From Lama guanicoe (taxonomy: Eukaryota): DNA of 64,000 bases. Below the pieces are notes generated by a model. The model saw only the letters and a program-made list of their open reading frames with translations. It was not told where the DNA came from and ran no database searches. The translations under genes were made by a program, and so were the position numbers. This document shows positions 40,506-52,905 of the stretch, in pieces (within the stretch, counting starts at the first letter, position 1; every line of letters starts with the position of its first letter). The stretch is from positions 4,668,399-4,732,398 of the forward strand of contig MU053934.1 in assembly GCA_013239625.1 (NCBI GenBank), in the 5' to 3' direction.

Positions 40506-42999
40506 GAAATAATCGAAACTCATGTTTGGAAAACCTGTGTTGTGAGGCCTGTTATCTTTCTTCCTGGGCTCAACCCCTGGTGGTCCTCCTGGTCACACTC
40601 CAGATTAGCTGACTTTTGCTCCCTAGTACTCCACTCAAGTTGAGACCTCAAATGGTTTTGACGTGGAATCAGCTTTGGGATCAAAAGGCTTTGGAGAGGC
40701 CCTAGGAGGGTTGTGTGAGTAGGGATCCCTGCATGTGTCCAGAATTTCTGCCAGGTACATCTTCTCTGAGACTGTGACCCTGGCTGAGAACCTCTGCTCT
40801 CAGGATTTGTTAGAACTCTGCCCTTCGTGCTGAAGCTCAAGGCCAAAGAGAATGGTAAGAGACACTTAGGACTAGAGCTGTGAGGCTGTAGCCTTTTTAG
40901 ATCCTTCTCATCCTAAGTGGCCAAAATACCAGAGATGGGTTCTGGGTTAACTGCATACAGTGTGTTATTTACTTTTTCATTTTGAGCACCTGATACTCTA
41001 TATTCTTGGTTGCTGAGGCCAAGTCCACAACCTGCCTTTGTCACTTGCCTGCCCATCAGTGAGCAGTTGATGTGTTTAGCTGATAGATTTGGAATCAGTC
41101 TCCAGTCTTTCTGTCCTGTCTTGGCTAGGTCCACTTAGAAGCAGCTTAGTCTTGACCTAGAAAACTACTGTCCTTTTTCTCCTTGAGGGAGGAAATAAAG
41201 CTGGGGAACATGTTGTCCTTCCACAGCATGGCTAGAAGAAAATAAAAGTCTCCTTTCCAACAGTTTTGACTTTTGTGTATGGTATAAAATGTTTTCTTAC
41301 AGGAGTGGTACCCGTTCTCCATTTGCAGCTAGGGGAAACTTTGAAGTGCTTGACCCAGGTCTCCATAATAGAATGGGTGGGGCAAGCTGCCACCGGAGTC
41401 ATTCTTCCACCTCTCTACGGTGTCCAACTGGGGCAGTGTTACTCTCATTCTGAACCATCTGTGTGGTCATCCGTCAAGAGGCACTGACATGTCCCAACGT
41501 ACAGCAAAAGGAGGACATGCCCCCTAGGTCCTTAGTTACACCTTCAGAAGACCTGGGTAGTGGCTCAGGGATTCTTCCTGCCTTTGCACCAAAAGACTAG
41601 ATGCCTTTTGCATATCTAGATACTTGTGATTCCCCAAGGGGAAAGAAAAGCCACACCCAGCATCCACTATGCTTTGCTTATACCAGTTTATAGTTGTTGG
41701 GTCAGCTCAGTAAATGACAGTCCTCTGAGGAAACAATGATGTAATGGAGATTGGGAGGTGGGTCAGAAGATCCAAATTCTAATAATAGTAATAGCAACCA
41801 TTTATCCAACATTTAACAGATACCAGGCCCCTGGCTCAGTGCTTTGTATATATTATCTTACTTCATTGTAAGGGTAAGTATGTTCATTATTAGCTTCATT
41901 TTACAGACTCAGCAAGGAAAAGTCACTTAACCAAAATGTTTCTGCTAATAAATGGAACAGCCAAGATTTTTGGGGGTTTGCCCCTAAAATCCATTTTATA
42001 ACCCCTACCTCATTCTGCCTTCTCTGGGCAAGACACTTCATCCCTCAGTTTATCATTGTAAAATTGATGGCCTGATTGGATCAAGTCAATGACTGGTCAG
42101 CAGTAGTTATGTAGGACAGTGCTTCCCAAATTTTTGACATCACAGCCCTCACAGAAATAGTTTTATGGCTCACTGAAGTAAAAGGAAGCAGAAACTCACG
42201 GTTTCTGCCCCTACAGGGCCTGCATGGAGAGGACTGGAGAATGGTGGAGAACCTTCTGAGCTCTCTGAACAGTTCCCCAGTAGCGACAGCAAGTTGCTGG
42301 CCCTGACCTGGCCTGCAGGCTCCAAACACAAACTCCCTTAGGTGGGCATGGGTTCTCAAGTTTCTCCTCAGGGGCTTTAGTGGATCTGCTAGGACGCTGT
42401 TATGCCTGGGAGTTACAGGGTTGGAAGGTATCTGAAACTACCCTAGAATGAGAGATACCAGCCGAATAAAATGTCTCCTTGTTTTTAGGGGAACTGAATC
42501 TACCGAAACCGAAAGACGTTCCCCTGTGATAGGTTGCATTCTTTAAAAGAACATCAAACTTCTATTTTAGCAGAATGGATATGTAAAAAATATGATAGGT
42601 TAGACTATAGGATTCTGCATCTCCCCGACTCGACTTAACACTTGGTAAGGACGCAGTGCTGGCCTTTGATGATATGTGAGCATAGACTGGGTGATCTTGA
42701 CTGAGGTCCTCAGTCCTGCCTTTCAGCTCCTGAAGGGTTGCACGTCCTCAGTATATTGCAAGTATTTGCAGGTGAAAACGCACATGAAATGACATTTCCT
42801 TTTGCTTAGTTTCATCTTCGGGCCTGAACACGGTCGCTAGTTGGGAGTTGCCCTGACCGCGGCAAGGAAAGCACTGCAGGAGTCGGGTCCTAACGCCACT
42901 ATTTGAGACGCACTGGGGTAAGGCTGCCTGGGGCAGGAACCATGGTAGTCTTGACCAGCTAAGGGTGGCCGAGCTGAGGAAGCCACTGCAGAGCAGCGT

Positions 43000-43605
43000 C
43001 ACGAGAAGAGCGGGTACAAACAAGAGCCAAGCGGCGGGAAGTGCACTAGGCGCTCCGCCCGTCCCCGCGCAGATCAGGGACTCCCTCACTGAACTACCCG
43101 CCCGCCTCAAAGCCTGAGCCAGTAAGAAACTCGAGATATATTAAGACTCATCATGCCTGACCAATTATTTCGATGCTCGCTCTCCGCTAGCATCTCGCGC
43201 GATAACCAGGCGACCTCGTACCCCACAGAAAAAAAACCCTGTCTTGGGATGAAAGACTCCTCTCTCCGCCCTCGGACTAACACCGGAAGTGAGAATGTGA
43301 AGAATCCCTCCGCGCTCCTTGGCGGCAGAAGGAAGTGACTCTTTGATCTTAAAAGCCTAGTAAAGTAGTGCGCCTTTTCTGGGGGGGCCATAAATAAAAA
43401 GAACTCATTTTCTCTCCACAGCTACGCCCTGGACATAAAAGCTGGAGACTGGAAACGGTAAAAGCGTCGGACAGATGACAACGCGGGGGGGGGGGGGGGG
43501 GAGGAAGGCGTGGGTCACGTGACCTCGGCGGAAGGATGTGCTCTGTGATGCGTCCTCACAGAGGCAGACTCTATAAAGGACCCGCGCTCGGCGGGCGGCC
43601 GCCAT
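43000..43605 (+). promoter_or_regulatory. ATF4: ATF4 CpG-island promoter
   Basis: ETS ACCGGAAGTG at ~43282, G17 run at 43485-43501, palindromic GTCACGTGAC at 43514-43523, TATAAA at 43572-43577 and a pyrimidine-rich initiator at ~43603. Confidence 0.85.
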
Positions 43606-43626
43606 TTCTTCTCCTCTCCCTTGTAA

Positions 43627-43632
43627 ATGTAG
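43627..43632 (+). promoter_or_regulatory. ATF4: ATF4 start-stop element (ATG TAG)
   Basis: ATGTAG about 25 nt into the predicted leader. Confidence 0.7.
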
Positions 43633-43689
43633 TTCCTCCTCTCCAGTGCGCGCCTTTCCTTCTCCGCTCCCGCAGGGTCCGCAGCCACC

Positions 43690-43701
43690 ATGGCGTATTA
43701 G
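43690..43701 (+). CDS. ATF4: ATF4 uORF1 (Met-Ala-Tyr-stop)
   Basis: GCCACCATGGCGTATTAG in an optimal Kozak context. Confidence 0.92.
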   Translation: MAY

Positions 43702-43788
43702 AGGCAGCAGTGCCAGCGGCAGCATTGGCCTTTGCAGCGGCGGCAGCAGCACCAGGCTCTGCAGCGGCACCCCTCACCGGCTTAAGCC

Positions 43789-44531
43789 ATGGCGTAAGTA
43801 CTGGCCCTGCCCGCCTTGGCCTTGCGTCCCGACTTGGCGAGGGGTTTCCACCTGCTTGGGCGCGGCCGGCGACCGGGCGTCGTCGTCGAGGGGGAAGCAG
43901 TTTTACGAGCGTCCGGGACGGGTGGCCTTTGGGTGTCCCCGAGACGCCAGCGCTCCTGGGTCGGCAGATCTCAAAGCCGTGCGGAGGGAGGAGGCGGTGG
44001 GCGGCCCCGGGCCCACCCCCGGAACCCTCTGGGGTCCGGCCTGGCGCCCCGCGAAACGTGGCAGTAACCAAGATGGCGGCAGGGCGGCGGCCGGGGCGTG
44101 AGTCACGGGCAGCGTGGGCGGGGCCGGACTCGAATGAGAGGATGGAGTTCCTTCCTCTTCTGGCCGGCCGGGCGTCCATCTTGTGCAGCCTGACCTGGGA
44201 GCGGCCAAGGTTGTCTCAATGGCTCTGGGGCCACATGTTCCCGATTTTCAACAGCCAAATAGAGTTTTGATGTGGCCATCCTGCCTCCTGGGTCAAAAGA
44301 TGAAACTCTCAGACCAGCTGATCGCTAATGGGACGTGGCTTCTGATTTCTATTCAGGCTTTTCACGGCATTCAGCAGCAGCGTTGCTGTAACCGACAAAG
44401 ACACCTTCGAATTAAGCGCGTTCCTCGATTTCGTCAAAACTCCGCAACATGGCCGAGATGAGCTTCCTGAGCAGCGAGGTGTTGGTGGGGGGCTTGATGT
44501 CCCCCTTCGACCAGTCGGGTTTGGGGGCTGA
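43789..44531 (+). CDS. ATF4: ATF4 uORF2, 59 aa, spliced (43789-43793 + 44357-44531), overlapping the main ORF out of frame by 83 nt
   Basis: GCCATGGC|gtaagt...attcag|GCTTTTC gives MALFTAFSSSVAVTDKDTFELSAFLDFVKTPQHGRDELPEQRGVGGGLDVPLRPVGFGG*. Confidence 0.9.
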
Positions 44532-44674
44532 AGAGAGCCTAGGTCTCTTAGACGACTACCTGGAGGTGGCCAAGCACTTCAAACCTCATGGGTTCTCCAG
44601 CGACAAAGCTAAGGCGGGCTCCTCCGAATGGCTGGCTGTGGATGGGTTGGTCAGTGCCTCAGACAACGGAAAGG
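44449..44674 (+). CDS. ATF4: ATF4 coding exon 1
   Basis: MAEMSFLSSEVLVGGLMSPFDQSGLGAEESLGLLDDYLEVAKHFKPHGFSSDKAK..., donor AAGG|GTGAGT. Confidence 0.96.
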
Positions 44675-44773
44675 GTGAGTGGTATTTTTTTTTAAAATCT
44701 GCGGGTGGGGTCTGATAATAGGGCCTTGTTGCTGTGTGCAGCTGATTCGATTTCCCTCTTTGATGTTTTGCAG

Positions 44774-45600
44774 AGGATGCTTTCTCCGGGACAGATTGGA
44801 TGGTGGAGAAAATGGACCTGAAGGAGTTCGACTTCGATGCCCTGTTGGGTATAGATGACCTGGAAACCATGCCAGATGAGCTTTTGGCCACGTTGGATGA
44901 CACATGTGATCTCTTTGACCCCCTATTCCAGGAAACTAATAAGGAGCCCCCCCAGATAGTGAACCCAATTGGCCATCTCCCAGAAAGTTTACCAGCAACT
45001 GACCAGGTTGCCCCTTTCATCTTCTTGCAACCTCTTCCCCTTTCCCCAGGGGCCCTGTCCTCCACTCCAGATCATTCCTTTAGTTTAGAGCTAGGCAGTG
45101 AAGTGGATATCTCTGAAGGAGATAGGAAGCCAGACTCTACTGCTTACATTAGTGTTCAGTGCATAAAGGAAGAGGATGGCCCTTCAGATAATGATAGTGG
45201 CATCTGTATGAGCCCTGACTCCTATCCGGGCTCTCCCCAGCATAGCCCCTCTACCACCAGGGGCTCTCCAAATAGGAGTCTGCTATCTCCAGGTGCCCCT
45301 TGTGGCTCTGCCCGCCCCAAACCCTATGACCCTCCTCAAGAGAAGATGGTAGTAGCAAAAGTCAAGGGTGAGAAACTAGATAAGAAGCTGAAGAAAATGG
45401 AGCAGAACAAGACGGCAGCCACAAGGTACCGCCAGAAGAAGAGGGCAGAGCAGGAGGCCCTCACTGGTGAATGTAAAGAGCTAGAAAAGAAGAATGAGGC
45501 TCTGAAAGAGAAGGCAGATTCCTTGACCAAGGAGATCCAGTATCTGAAAGATCTGATAGAAGAGGTTCGCAAGGCAAGGGGGAAGAAAAAGGTCCCCTAG
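44774..45600 (+). CDS. ATF4: ATF4 coding exon 2 (bZIP); spliced protein 350 aa
   Basis: TTTTGCAG|AG acceptor, betaTrCP degron DSGICMS (45193-45213), basic region KKMEQNKTAATRYRQKKR and leucine zipper. Confidence 0.97.
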
Positions 45601-45658
45601 TTAGGGTAGTCAGGAGTATGTGCTTGTACATAGGAGGCTAGTGCTGAAGCTGTGTTTT

Positions 45659-45664
45659 AATAAA
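45659..45664 (+). terminator. ATF4: ATF4 polyA signal
   Basis: AATAAA 58 nt after the stop, with GT-rich sequence downstream. Confidence 0.85.
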
Positions 45665-48600
45665 TTATTTTGTAGTGAAAGTACTTCTGTAGACTGCTGT
45701 CTGGTGTCTTTTTTCACTTGCTGTGGGGTTGGTTGTCCGGACTTGTAATTTGAGCCCAGAGTTTGTTTCCCCCAACACTGCTGGACAGTAGGTCAGGACC
45801 ACTGGTGATGTCACTTGAACCTGAGACGGGGTATTGGGCTAGATCCTCCCCCAGTCTGGCTAGGTGTTTCTCCCAGAACCAAGAACTCGTGCTTGATGTG
45901 AGAGCCTTTAGGTATGATTGAAGCTGGTGAGATTTAGGTTGAAGGAACAGCCTGGGTTCCACCCATTTGCTCATGATGTGGCTTTGTTCCAGCATCTATC
46001 AAGTTCCCAGATAAGGCCCCACAGCCCTCGAGCTGGGCACACAAGGATATTAGGCTTTGCTAATAAGCTGCTGCAATTCTGTAGAGGCTGCTTCCCAGTA
46101 GGGTCCATTTAGAGAAAGCTGTTTTTGCTGGAACAAATAAAGTGGATTTGTGAGAGGTTGGGACAAGGGTGATGTTAATGTGGCTCTAGGTACCATTCTG
46201 AGCACTTGACCCACTCCCCATGACAACTGGTGAGGCAGCCACCATGGTGGCACCAGCACAAGTCCTGTGGGAAGGGGTATGCAGAGGGTACTGAGCTGTA
46301 AAGCCCGCTGTCACCCCAGGGTTTTCAGTCTGGGTTCATGCCTGTCTTACCCCTAGTGGTAAGGTGAGTACTCCCTGACTTGCTTCCTGGCACCTGCCAG
46401 AGTAATGTGGGAGAGCCAGGTCACTGCTGAGCCCAATATAGCCGATGATAATCCAAATGGAAGCCTTTCCCCAAGGCACCAGTTGGGGCAGGTGTCACTT
46501 GGACCTTAGACTTGAGATCTTCAAGGTCTCATCTGCCCTTGGTTTGTAGAATTCCCTTCTCCAAGCCACCCATCCATGTGTTAGAACTGTCAGTTAACCC
46601 TTGTCACCTCATCTAAGCAGCTACCTGCTAAATACACAAGGACTTACTGGTTTAATAAAGATTAACTAATACTATAAAAACAGTTCTGTGCCAAAAACTT
46701 AAATAAGGATCATCTTCCCATTTTACAGATGAGGAAATTGAGGCCCAGAAAGGTTGAGTAACTTGCCCCGCTAGCCAGTGGCAGAGTCAAGCCCAGGCTG
46801 TCTGACTGCAGGATGCACACAAATCTGTGTGGCTCCCAAAGTTCCTTACAGGCAGGATTGGAAGGGCAGCCCTGGACACTGTCTTAAATTGGGGATACAG
46901 AGGGCACGTGTGGTTGCTGAGATTTCGTGTTTTTGATCAAATGTGTACAATTTCTCAAGATAGTTCATACACATCATGACTGGTGGCTTCGGGAAGGACT
47001 GGAAGAGTGGGGAGCCTAAGGTCAGCTGTAAGCACAGCTGCCGTCTTTAAACCTTGCTCTGTGCCTCAGTTGTGTAACTGAATTTTTTTTTTTATGTAAG
47101 ATACAAAGAAAACATCTCCAAATGCTGCTGCTCTCTGTCCACCCCCAACAGTGTGTCTGCTTTGCTCAACCCAAGCCCAGGGCATGTGGCATGGGGGGAT
47201 GGGGAGGTTGTGAGTTGAGGGCAGCCCTAGAAGTGACCTTGATGTGGGCCACAGCAGTCATCCAGTGCCAGTCTGGGCAGCCCTTGGAGACAGTGGCTCA
47301 CTCTGATTTAGCAGATGGGAAACACCACTTCTGGGGTGCTCTGAGGGGCAGTGTAGGCTGGAGGCCTGAAGCCAGGATACCACGTTGGGCCCTTTACCAG
47401 GTGCCTGCAGCTAAGGCCTCCCCAGACCCAAAAGGCAGGGAGGGGATGTGCATGCAGCAGAGGTCCTCCCTGTCCTCAGCTCCTTTTCACCCTGTTCAGC
47501 CACGATGGCCTTCCTGCACCTCTCCGCCAACCTCATTCCTGCCTCAGGGCCTTTGCACTGGCTGTTCCCTCTGGTTAGGAACTTCCTGGGTGGGAGGTCA
47601 CAGCAGGCAGGAAACGGAGGAAAGGGCGCCCGAGCTGGGCTGCGAAGGGTGGGGAAAGTCATGGAGGTAGAGAATGGGGAGAGCACCCGAAGAAAGCCAA
47701 CCCAGGCAAAGGAATAGACAGGCACACAGTCCTAGCTGCCTCTCCACGAGGGCCCCGGCCTCAGCGTTGCTAGAAGTCACCTGATGGGGACCCGCCTAGC
47801 TCCTGCGTGAACTTGAGTTAAGCCTCTTGTCCACACAATCTCTGAACAAACCTGGACCTGGGCCCCAGTGAGGTCCCACATGGCAGTCCTGCCCCCTCCT
47901 GCGTGGCCTCAGCCAACCCCTCCAGACTCATGGAGACCAGGGAGCGCAGATGGTGTGAGCAGACCACCCCTATAGAAGCCTCTCCTGTTGGTCCCCGTGT
48001 GGGATCTTCCAGCTTCACTCAGTCCAGTGCACATGTCAGCTGCCCCAAACCCACGAGACACAAATGCTCCCAGTGCTTTACATCCACTCACTCGAGGAAG
48101 ATCTTTTCCTTCTGGCCTTTTCAGTCCTGGCCTGAATGCGGCAATCCAGTGTCCTCTTATTTGGTTCCCGTCCCTTACTTTCTCAACAGATCTATCACCA
48201 GGTCCTGGGGCTCAGGGTCAGCGCCCTCATCCATGACTCCTGCACCGCCCCCCCCCTGGTGGTACATCCTTCCTCCTCTGGCACCAGCACCCGCCCCACC
48301 CCCCCGCCAGGCCCCCTGCCGCCTTCTCACCGCCTGCACCCGAACTGTCCAGGGTGACTGTTAAATACAGGTTACCGAGTCCTACCACAACCCATGGACC
48401 AGACTCTCAGGGTGAATACTATAGTTAGTCATGCAAAGGGAGCCTGGACACGTAACCCTACTAGTGCTACTTGGCACAAATGTAACATAAGACCAGAAAA
48501 CCCACAAGCAGAGAAGTACTGAACCCCTGCTTGCACTCTACCCCAGGAGGGAGGCCCTGGCACTCCACTCCCAGGGAGGGGCAGGAACCAAGGGCCCTGC

Positions 48601-49841
48601 TCAGCCTGTTCAGAGAAGCAAAATCCTGGTGAGCAAGAGTGAGCAGCTGAGCCTGCTCCTTGCTAAGCTGCTTAAGAGATGAGGAGAGCGAGCCTCCCAG
48701 GGTGCGAGTGTCTCCCTCCCCACTGCGGTCTCAGCAGGCGGGAGGGGGATGCGAGAACACAGCCTCTCCCATCTCCGGAACAAGCCCATCTGAGGAAGGT
48801 GGGTCAATACTGGTTTGGAGCTGTGGCACCTCCTCTCCTGCCCACCTTCACCTCCTGGATGGCTGGTCTGGTCTGCTTCCTACTCTCAGATGGAGGCCAC
48901 CTGCAGACAGGACTGGCTCCAACAGCCTCAGGCAGTGGTCCCCTCCTGTCCCCGTTCAAGGTGCAAAGCTGGTTAATGACTAGGAACAGACTCCCTCTCC
49001 CGGGGTCTGGGTGCATGTTGGCTAAAACTCTCTCCTTTTGCACAAAAGAGCCCATGCGGGTGTGGGCACTCGCTCCCTGCCAGAGACGCCGAAGTCCTCA
49101 TCAGACAACGCCAAGCCCTGAGGAGCCCTGTGAGGGTGCTGGGAGAGCCAGGCGGAGCTGCCTGAAGGCATCTGGGGCCCCCACCCTCCACAGAAGGGCT
49201 TCCTGGGCTTTGAGGCCTTGTTGTCAACCCCGCCCTGAAGACCAACCTGGGCAGCACCACCCACTGGCTCGTGCATTTGTTCAGTGGGTCTGGCGCTGGG
49301 CCCGCTGGGCGCGGTCCAGCCTCTGCCTTTTCACACTGGTGCAGCTCCAGCCCTGGCACCACCTCCTGCTCTGCACAGACCTGAGCATGAAACCCTGTTC
49401 CTTGAGGTCACCTCCAGAATGGCCCCACCAGCCCCCACCTTATGTGACAGAGAGAGGAGAAACAAGTGGCCTTTGACTCCCTGCCCCACCTGCTCCCAAG
49501 GGCACAAGCCTGGGGCAGTGGGCTGAGGCAGCAGCACCCCCTCCCTTAGACCCTGGTGTTCGTGTCCCTGGAACAAAGCCCCCAGCAGCTGCGGGCACTA
49601 TTTTTGCCTCAAGAGCTGCCTTCTCAGCTGTGGCTGCCACCCCCAGGGGAGGAGACCCGGGTGGTAGGTGGACGAACTGCTCTCCGGGTGGCGCCTGTGC
49701 TGGGGCCGGACAGGAAGACTTCAGACCTAGAGCTCTAAGAACCACTTCGGGAGGCGGGGAAGGGAGGGAAGGTTCCCTGGTGCCAGAGGAGATGGGCAAC
49801 ACCCTGTAAGTCAGAGCAGCACAAGCAGCTCCCAGGCCACG

Positions 49842-49847
49842 TTTATT
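49842..49847 (-). terminator. RPS19BP1: RPS19BP1 polyA signal
   Basis: TTTATT on + (AATAAA on -), ~350 nt past the stop codon. Confidence 0.75.
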
Positions 49848-50200
49848 AGAACCCAGCAGCCCTCCTATCAGAAGTGAGATCCCTGAGGGCCCACTAACTG
49901 TCCCCTCCACAGCTAACAGCCCAGAGGGCCTACTTGGGCCAAAGCAGACAGAACAATCAGAAATGTTCCTTTCCGGCAGGTAGATGGCACCCCCTGAGCC
50001 TGCAGGTGTCAGCGCCAGTCAGTGAAGATCCTCCCCTGGGCTTTCAGCTCGCCAGCTCCATCCCAGCCTCCCCCAGACTGCACTCCAGAGCCATCCTGAG
50101 CCAGGCTGGCTGCACCATGCAGGGCAGGCTCCGGAGGCCAGCAGAGCTGAGAGGAGGAGGCTGGGCCCAAGGGCCCCTCCTGCTGTGCCCTCCTGGAAGC

Positions 50201-50338
50201 CTAGCTGCCAAAGTATTCCTGCTGGAACTTCTGGAAGTCCTCCTCGGTGAACACGGTGCCCTCGGCCTTCTTCTTCTTCTTCTTAGTCTTGGTCACAGGC
50301 CGGTCACAGGCCTTGCGACCCCGGTTCTGGAGCACAAT
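50201..50338 (-). CDS. RPS19BP1: RPS19BP1/AROS exon 4; spliced protein 138 aa
   Basis: CCCCCAG|ATT acceptor, [45 protein letters not shown]. Confidence 0.95.
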   Translation of the reverse strand: MVLQNRGRKACDRPVTKTKKKKKKAEGTVFTEEDFQKFQQEYFGS

Positions 50339-50688
50339 CTGGGGGCATGTGGGAGTCAGGAGCCCTGGGGTGGGGACTCCTAGCACATGAGGGACCGCCA
50401 CTTGGAGCCACACACCTGGCACAGCTGACCAAGTGCTGCCCTCTCACACTGTCCTGGGCAGCAGGGCACATCATTTCCACTTACAGAGGAGGCCAACAGG
50501 AGGTACCCACAGGGGCCACAGGATAGTAACCCTCTCACAGTCCAGCAGTGTAGTCCAGCTCCTAGGAGCCTGTAGGGTGGCTCAGCTTCCACCCTCTGCT
50601 CAGGACTGAGACTCCCACAGGTCCCAGGAACAGCCTCAGCAGCCCCCTCCCACCCCTGTTCCTTCCCACAGCTCAACCCCTGACAAAC

Positions 50689-50786
50689 CTGCTGGGTGAC
50701 AGATTCAGCCACTGTGCTCCTTGCACTGGTCATAAACCTCAGGTTTACGTCAAGGTAACCCCGACGCTCTCGCTTCTGGAACTCAG
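50689..50786 (-). CDS. RPS19BP1: RPS19BP1 exon 3
   Basis: CCACAG|CT acceptor, [33 protein letters not shown], donor CAG|GTTTGT. Confidence 0.92.
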
Positions 50787-50999
50787 CTGTGGGTGGTAGG
50801 CAGGGTGGCATCATTTCAGACTCACTCCCTGGAAGCCTTCCAGGTCCCATCCTGACATTTCCCCACTCCACCCATACCCTCCAAAGGCCCCATCGAAGCC
50901 CCATCGTTCCTTCCGAAGATTACTGCAACAGCCTGGGCTCTTCTGTCAAAACCACACTCTACAAGATCCTGCTCAAAGTCTCCCTTGGTTCCAGTTGCT

Positions 51000-51680
51000 C
51001 AAGTGATTTATTCAACCCATACATCCTGAGCACTTACTCGGTATGGGGCACTGTTCTTGATGCCAGAGCACACAGCCAGAAACAGAACAAACTTCTGCCC
51101 TTAAGGAAGTTACACTCCATAGGAAAAGGGATGGTAAACGAGAAAAACTGTATTTTAGAAGGTGATGGTTTTATGGAGAAAAAGAGACTAGTAAACAGAA
51201 GTGAGGAATGCTAGGGAGCAGGGTTGCAATTCTAAATAGAAGGGCCTGAGAAGGCCTTGCTGAATTGAGTTCTGAGCAAAGACTGGAAGGAGAGAGTGTG
51301 CCCAGGTTGGGGAAGAGCATTCTGTATAGAGGCAATGGCCAGTGCAAAGGCTCTGAAGCAGAAGTGTGATTAATGTGCTTGAAGAACAGAAAATGGCTGG
51401 GATGGGGAGGGGACAGCCCTAGGAGACAAAGCTGGTGGGGGAGCAGATCACGTGGGGCCTTGTGAAGCAACATAAGAATGCGGAACTCAGGCTTTCACCG
51501 AGTCCGATGGGAGCCACTAAGGATTTGGGGTAGAGGAGAGTCAGGTCTGACTTAGGATTTTACAGGTCACTTTGGCTGCAGTGGTGAGAAAAAGATTACA
51601 GGAGTGGAGATAGGGGGCCAGTTAGGAGGCATCTGCAATAATCCAGGCAAGAGGTGATGAAGCTCAGACCAAGGTGGCAG
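51000..51680 (-). mobile_element. L2 3' region, RPS19BP1 intron 2
   Basis: TGAGCACTTACT...GGCACTGTTCT, GGGAAGAGCATTCT...CAGTGCAAAGGCTCTGA, GATGGGAGCCACT and GCAATAATCCAGGCAAGAGGTGATG. Confidence 0.7.
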
Positions 51681-52905
51681 CCACAGAGGTGTTCCTTAGA
51701 TTGGCCACCCAAGCTCGGGGGTCCTTGCACTCATCAGTAATGTGCCATGACAGGCAGTGGGAGGACGGCTGGAATGGAGGGGTGGCCTCTGGCATCGGAT
51801 GTTCCTGTTCCACACCAGCATCCTTGGTGCTCAGCCGAGTCCCACCTTCCTGCCTCCACACTTTGCTCATGCTGTTTCCTCCTTGGAATTCATAGACTTT
51901 TAACAAATACTCAAACACCTTTTATGCACCCGGCCCTGGGGATTCAAAGACACACTGGGAGCTCACCAAGTCCTGTCACATGTCAAAATATCCCACCATT
52001 TTGCCCACAGCTACTCCCCTTCAAGTCCATACGTCTTGTCAAGTGGCACCATGTCCCCCAACATGCTCTGTTAGAAACTGGGCTCCATTCTCGCTGACTC
52101 CCTCTTCCTTCACCCTCACAGCCACCAATGCTCTCTCCTCAGCGCATTTTCCACTCACACCATTCTCTTGTTATGTCTGCACCATCACCACTGCCCAGGC
52201 CACAGCACCTCCTACTTGAATAGAGTAAGTGACAACAGGGCTCTGGAGACACACTGCCTGGTTTCTACCTGTACCATCTGCTTGCTTCTGTATCTGTAAA
52301 ATGAGGGTAATGATAGTACCGACCTCCCAGGGTTGCTGCGAGGAATTAAATGAACAAACATTTGTATGAGGCTTAGAACAGTACCAGGCACAAGGAGTAT
52401 TAATTTTATTAAATGCTCTGTCTCTGACCCTCGTTCACTATATGTCCCCTTTACCAGGCTTCTTTCAAATTTTCAAAAGCAATAAAATTTCTGACTCCGC
52501 ATATGCCGTTCTCTCTAGAGTACTCTTTCCCTAGCTCACTCTTATACTTCCTTCAGGTCTGGGCTTAAGTGTTGCTTCCTCAGAGAAGCCTAATTGGCTT
52601 TTTATTCTAGGTCCCTCTAAGAACATCACAGTTTTACTGCATAGACCTCATTACACTTCGCAACTATACGCTGATTTCAACTCTTTGATGCTTCTCTTCC
52701 CACTAGGACTGTAGACCTTGAAGGCCGGGACGATGTGATTCGTTCACCTCCGTGTTCCCAGGGCGCTGCTCCGTGCCCGTCGCACAGTAGGTATTCTAGA
52801 AATGCCTGGGGAATGTTTCAAACCCTGACTCAAGCGCTGCCTCCTCCAGGGAACTGCCCTCAACCCCCGGAGCAGCAAGCACATCCAGCCCCTTCCCAAG
52901 CTCAC

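Noticed and set aside
43405..44270. Several 100-240 aa ORFs on both strands at the ATF4 5' end (similar ones at 27543-28028 and 53196-53549)
   Set aside because: Stop-poor CpG islands giving low-complexity Ala/Arg/Pro/Gly translations that cross splice sites.
48679..49476. 265-aa ORF between ATF4 and RPS19BP1
   Set aside because: No promoter or splice support, and the composition is typical of GC-rich non-coding DNA.
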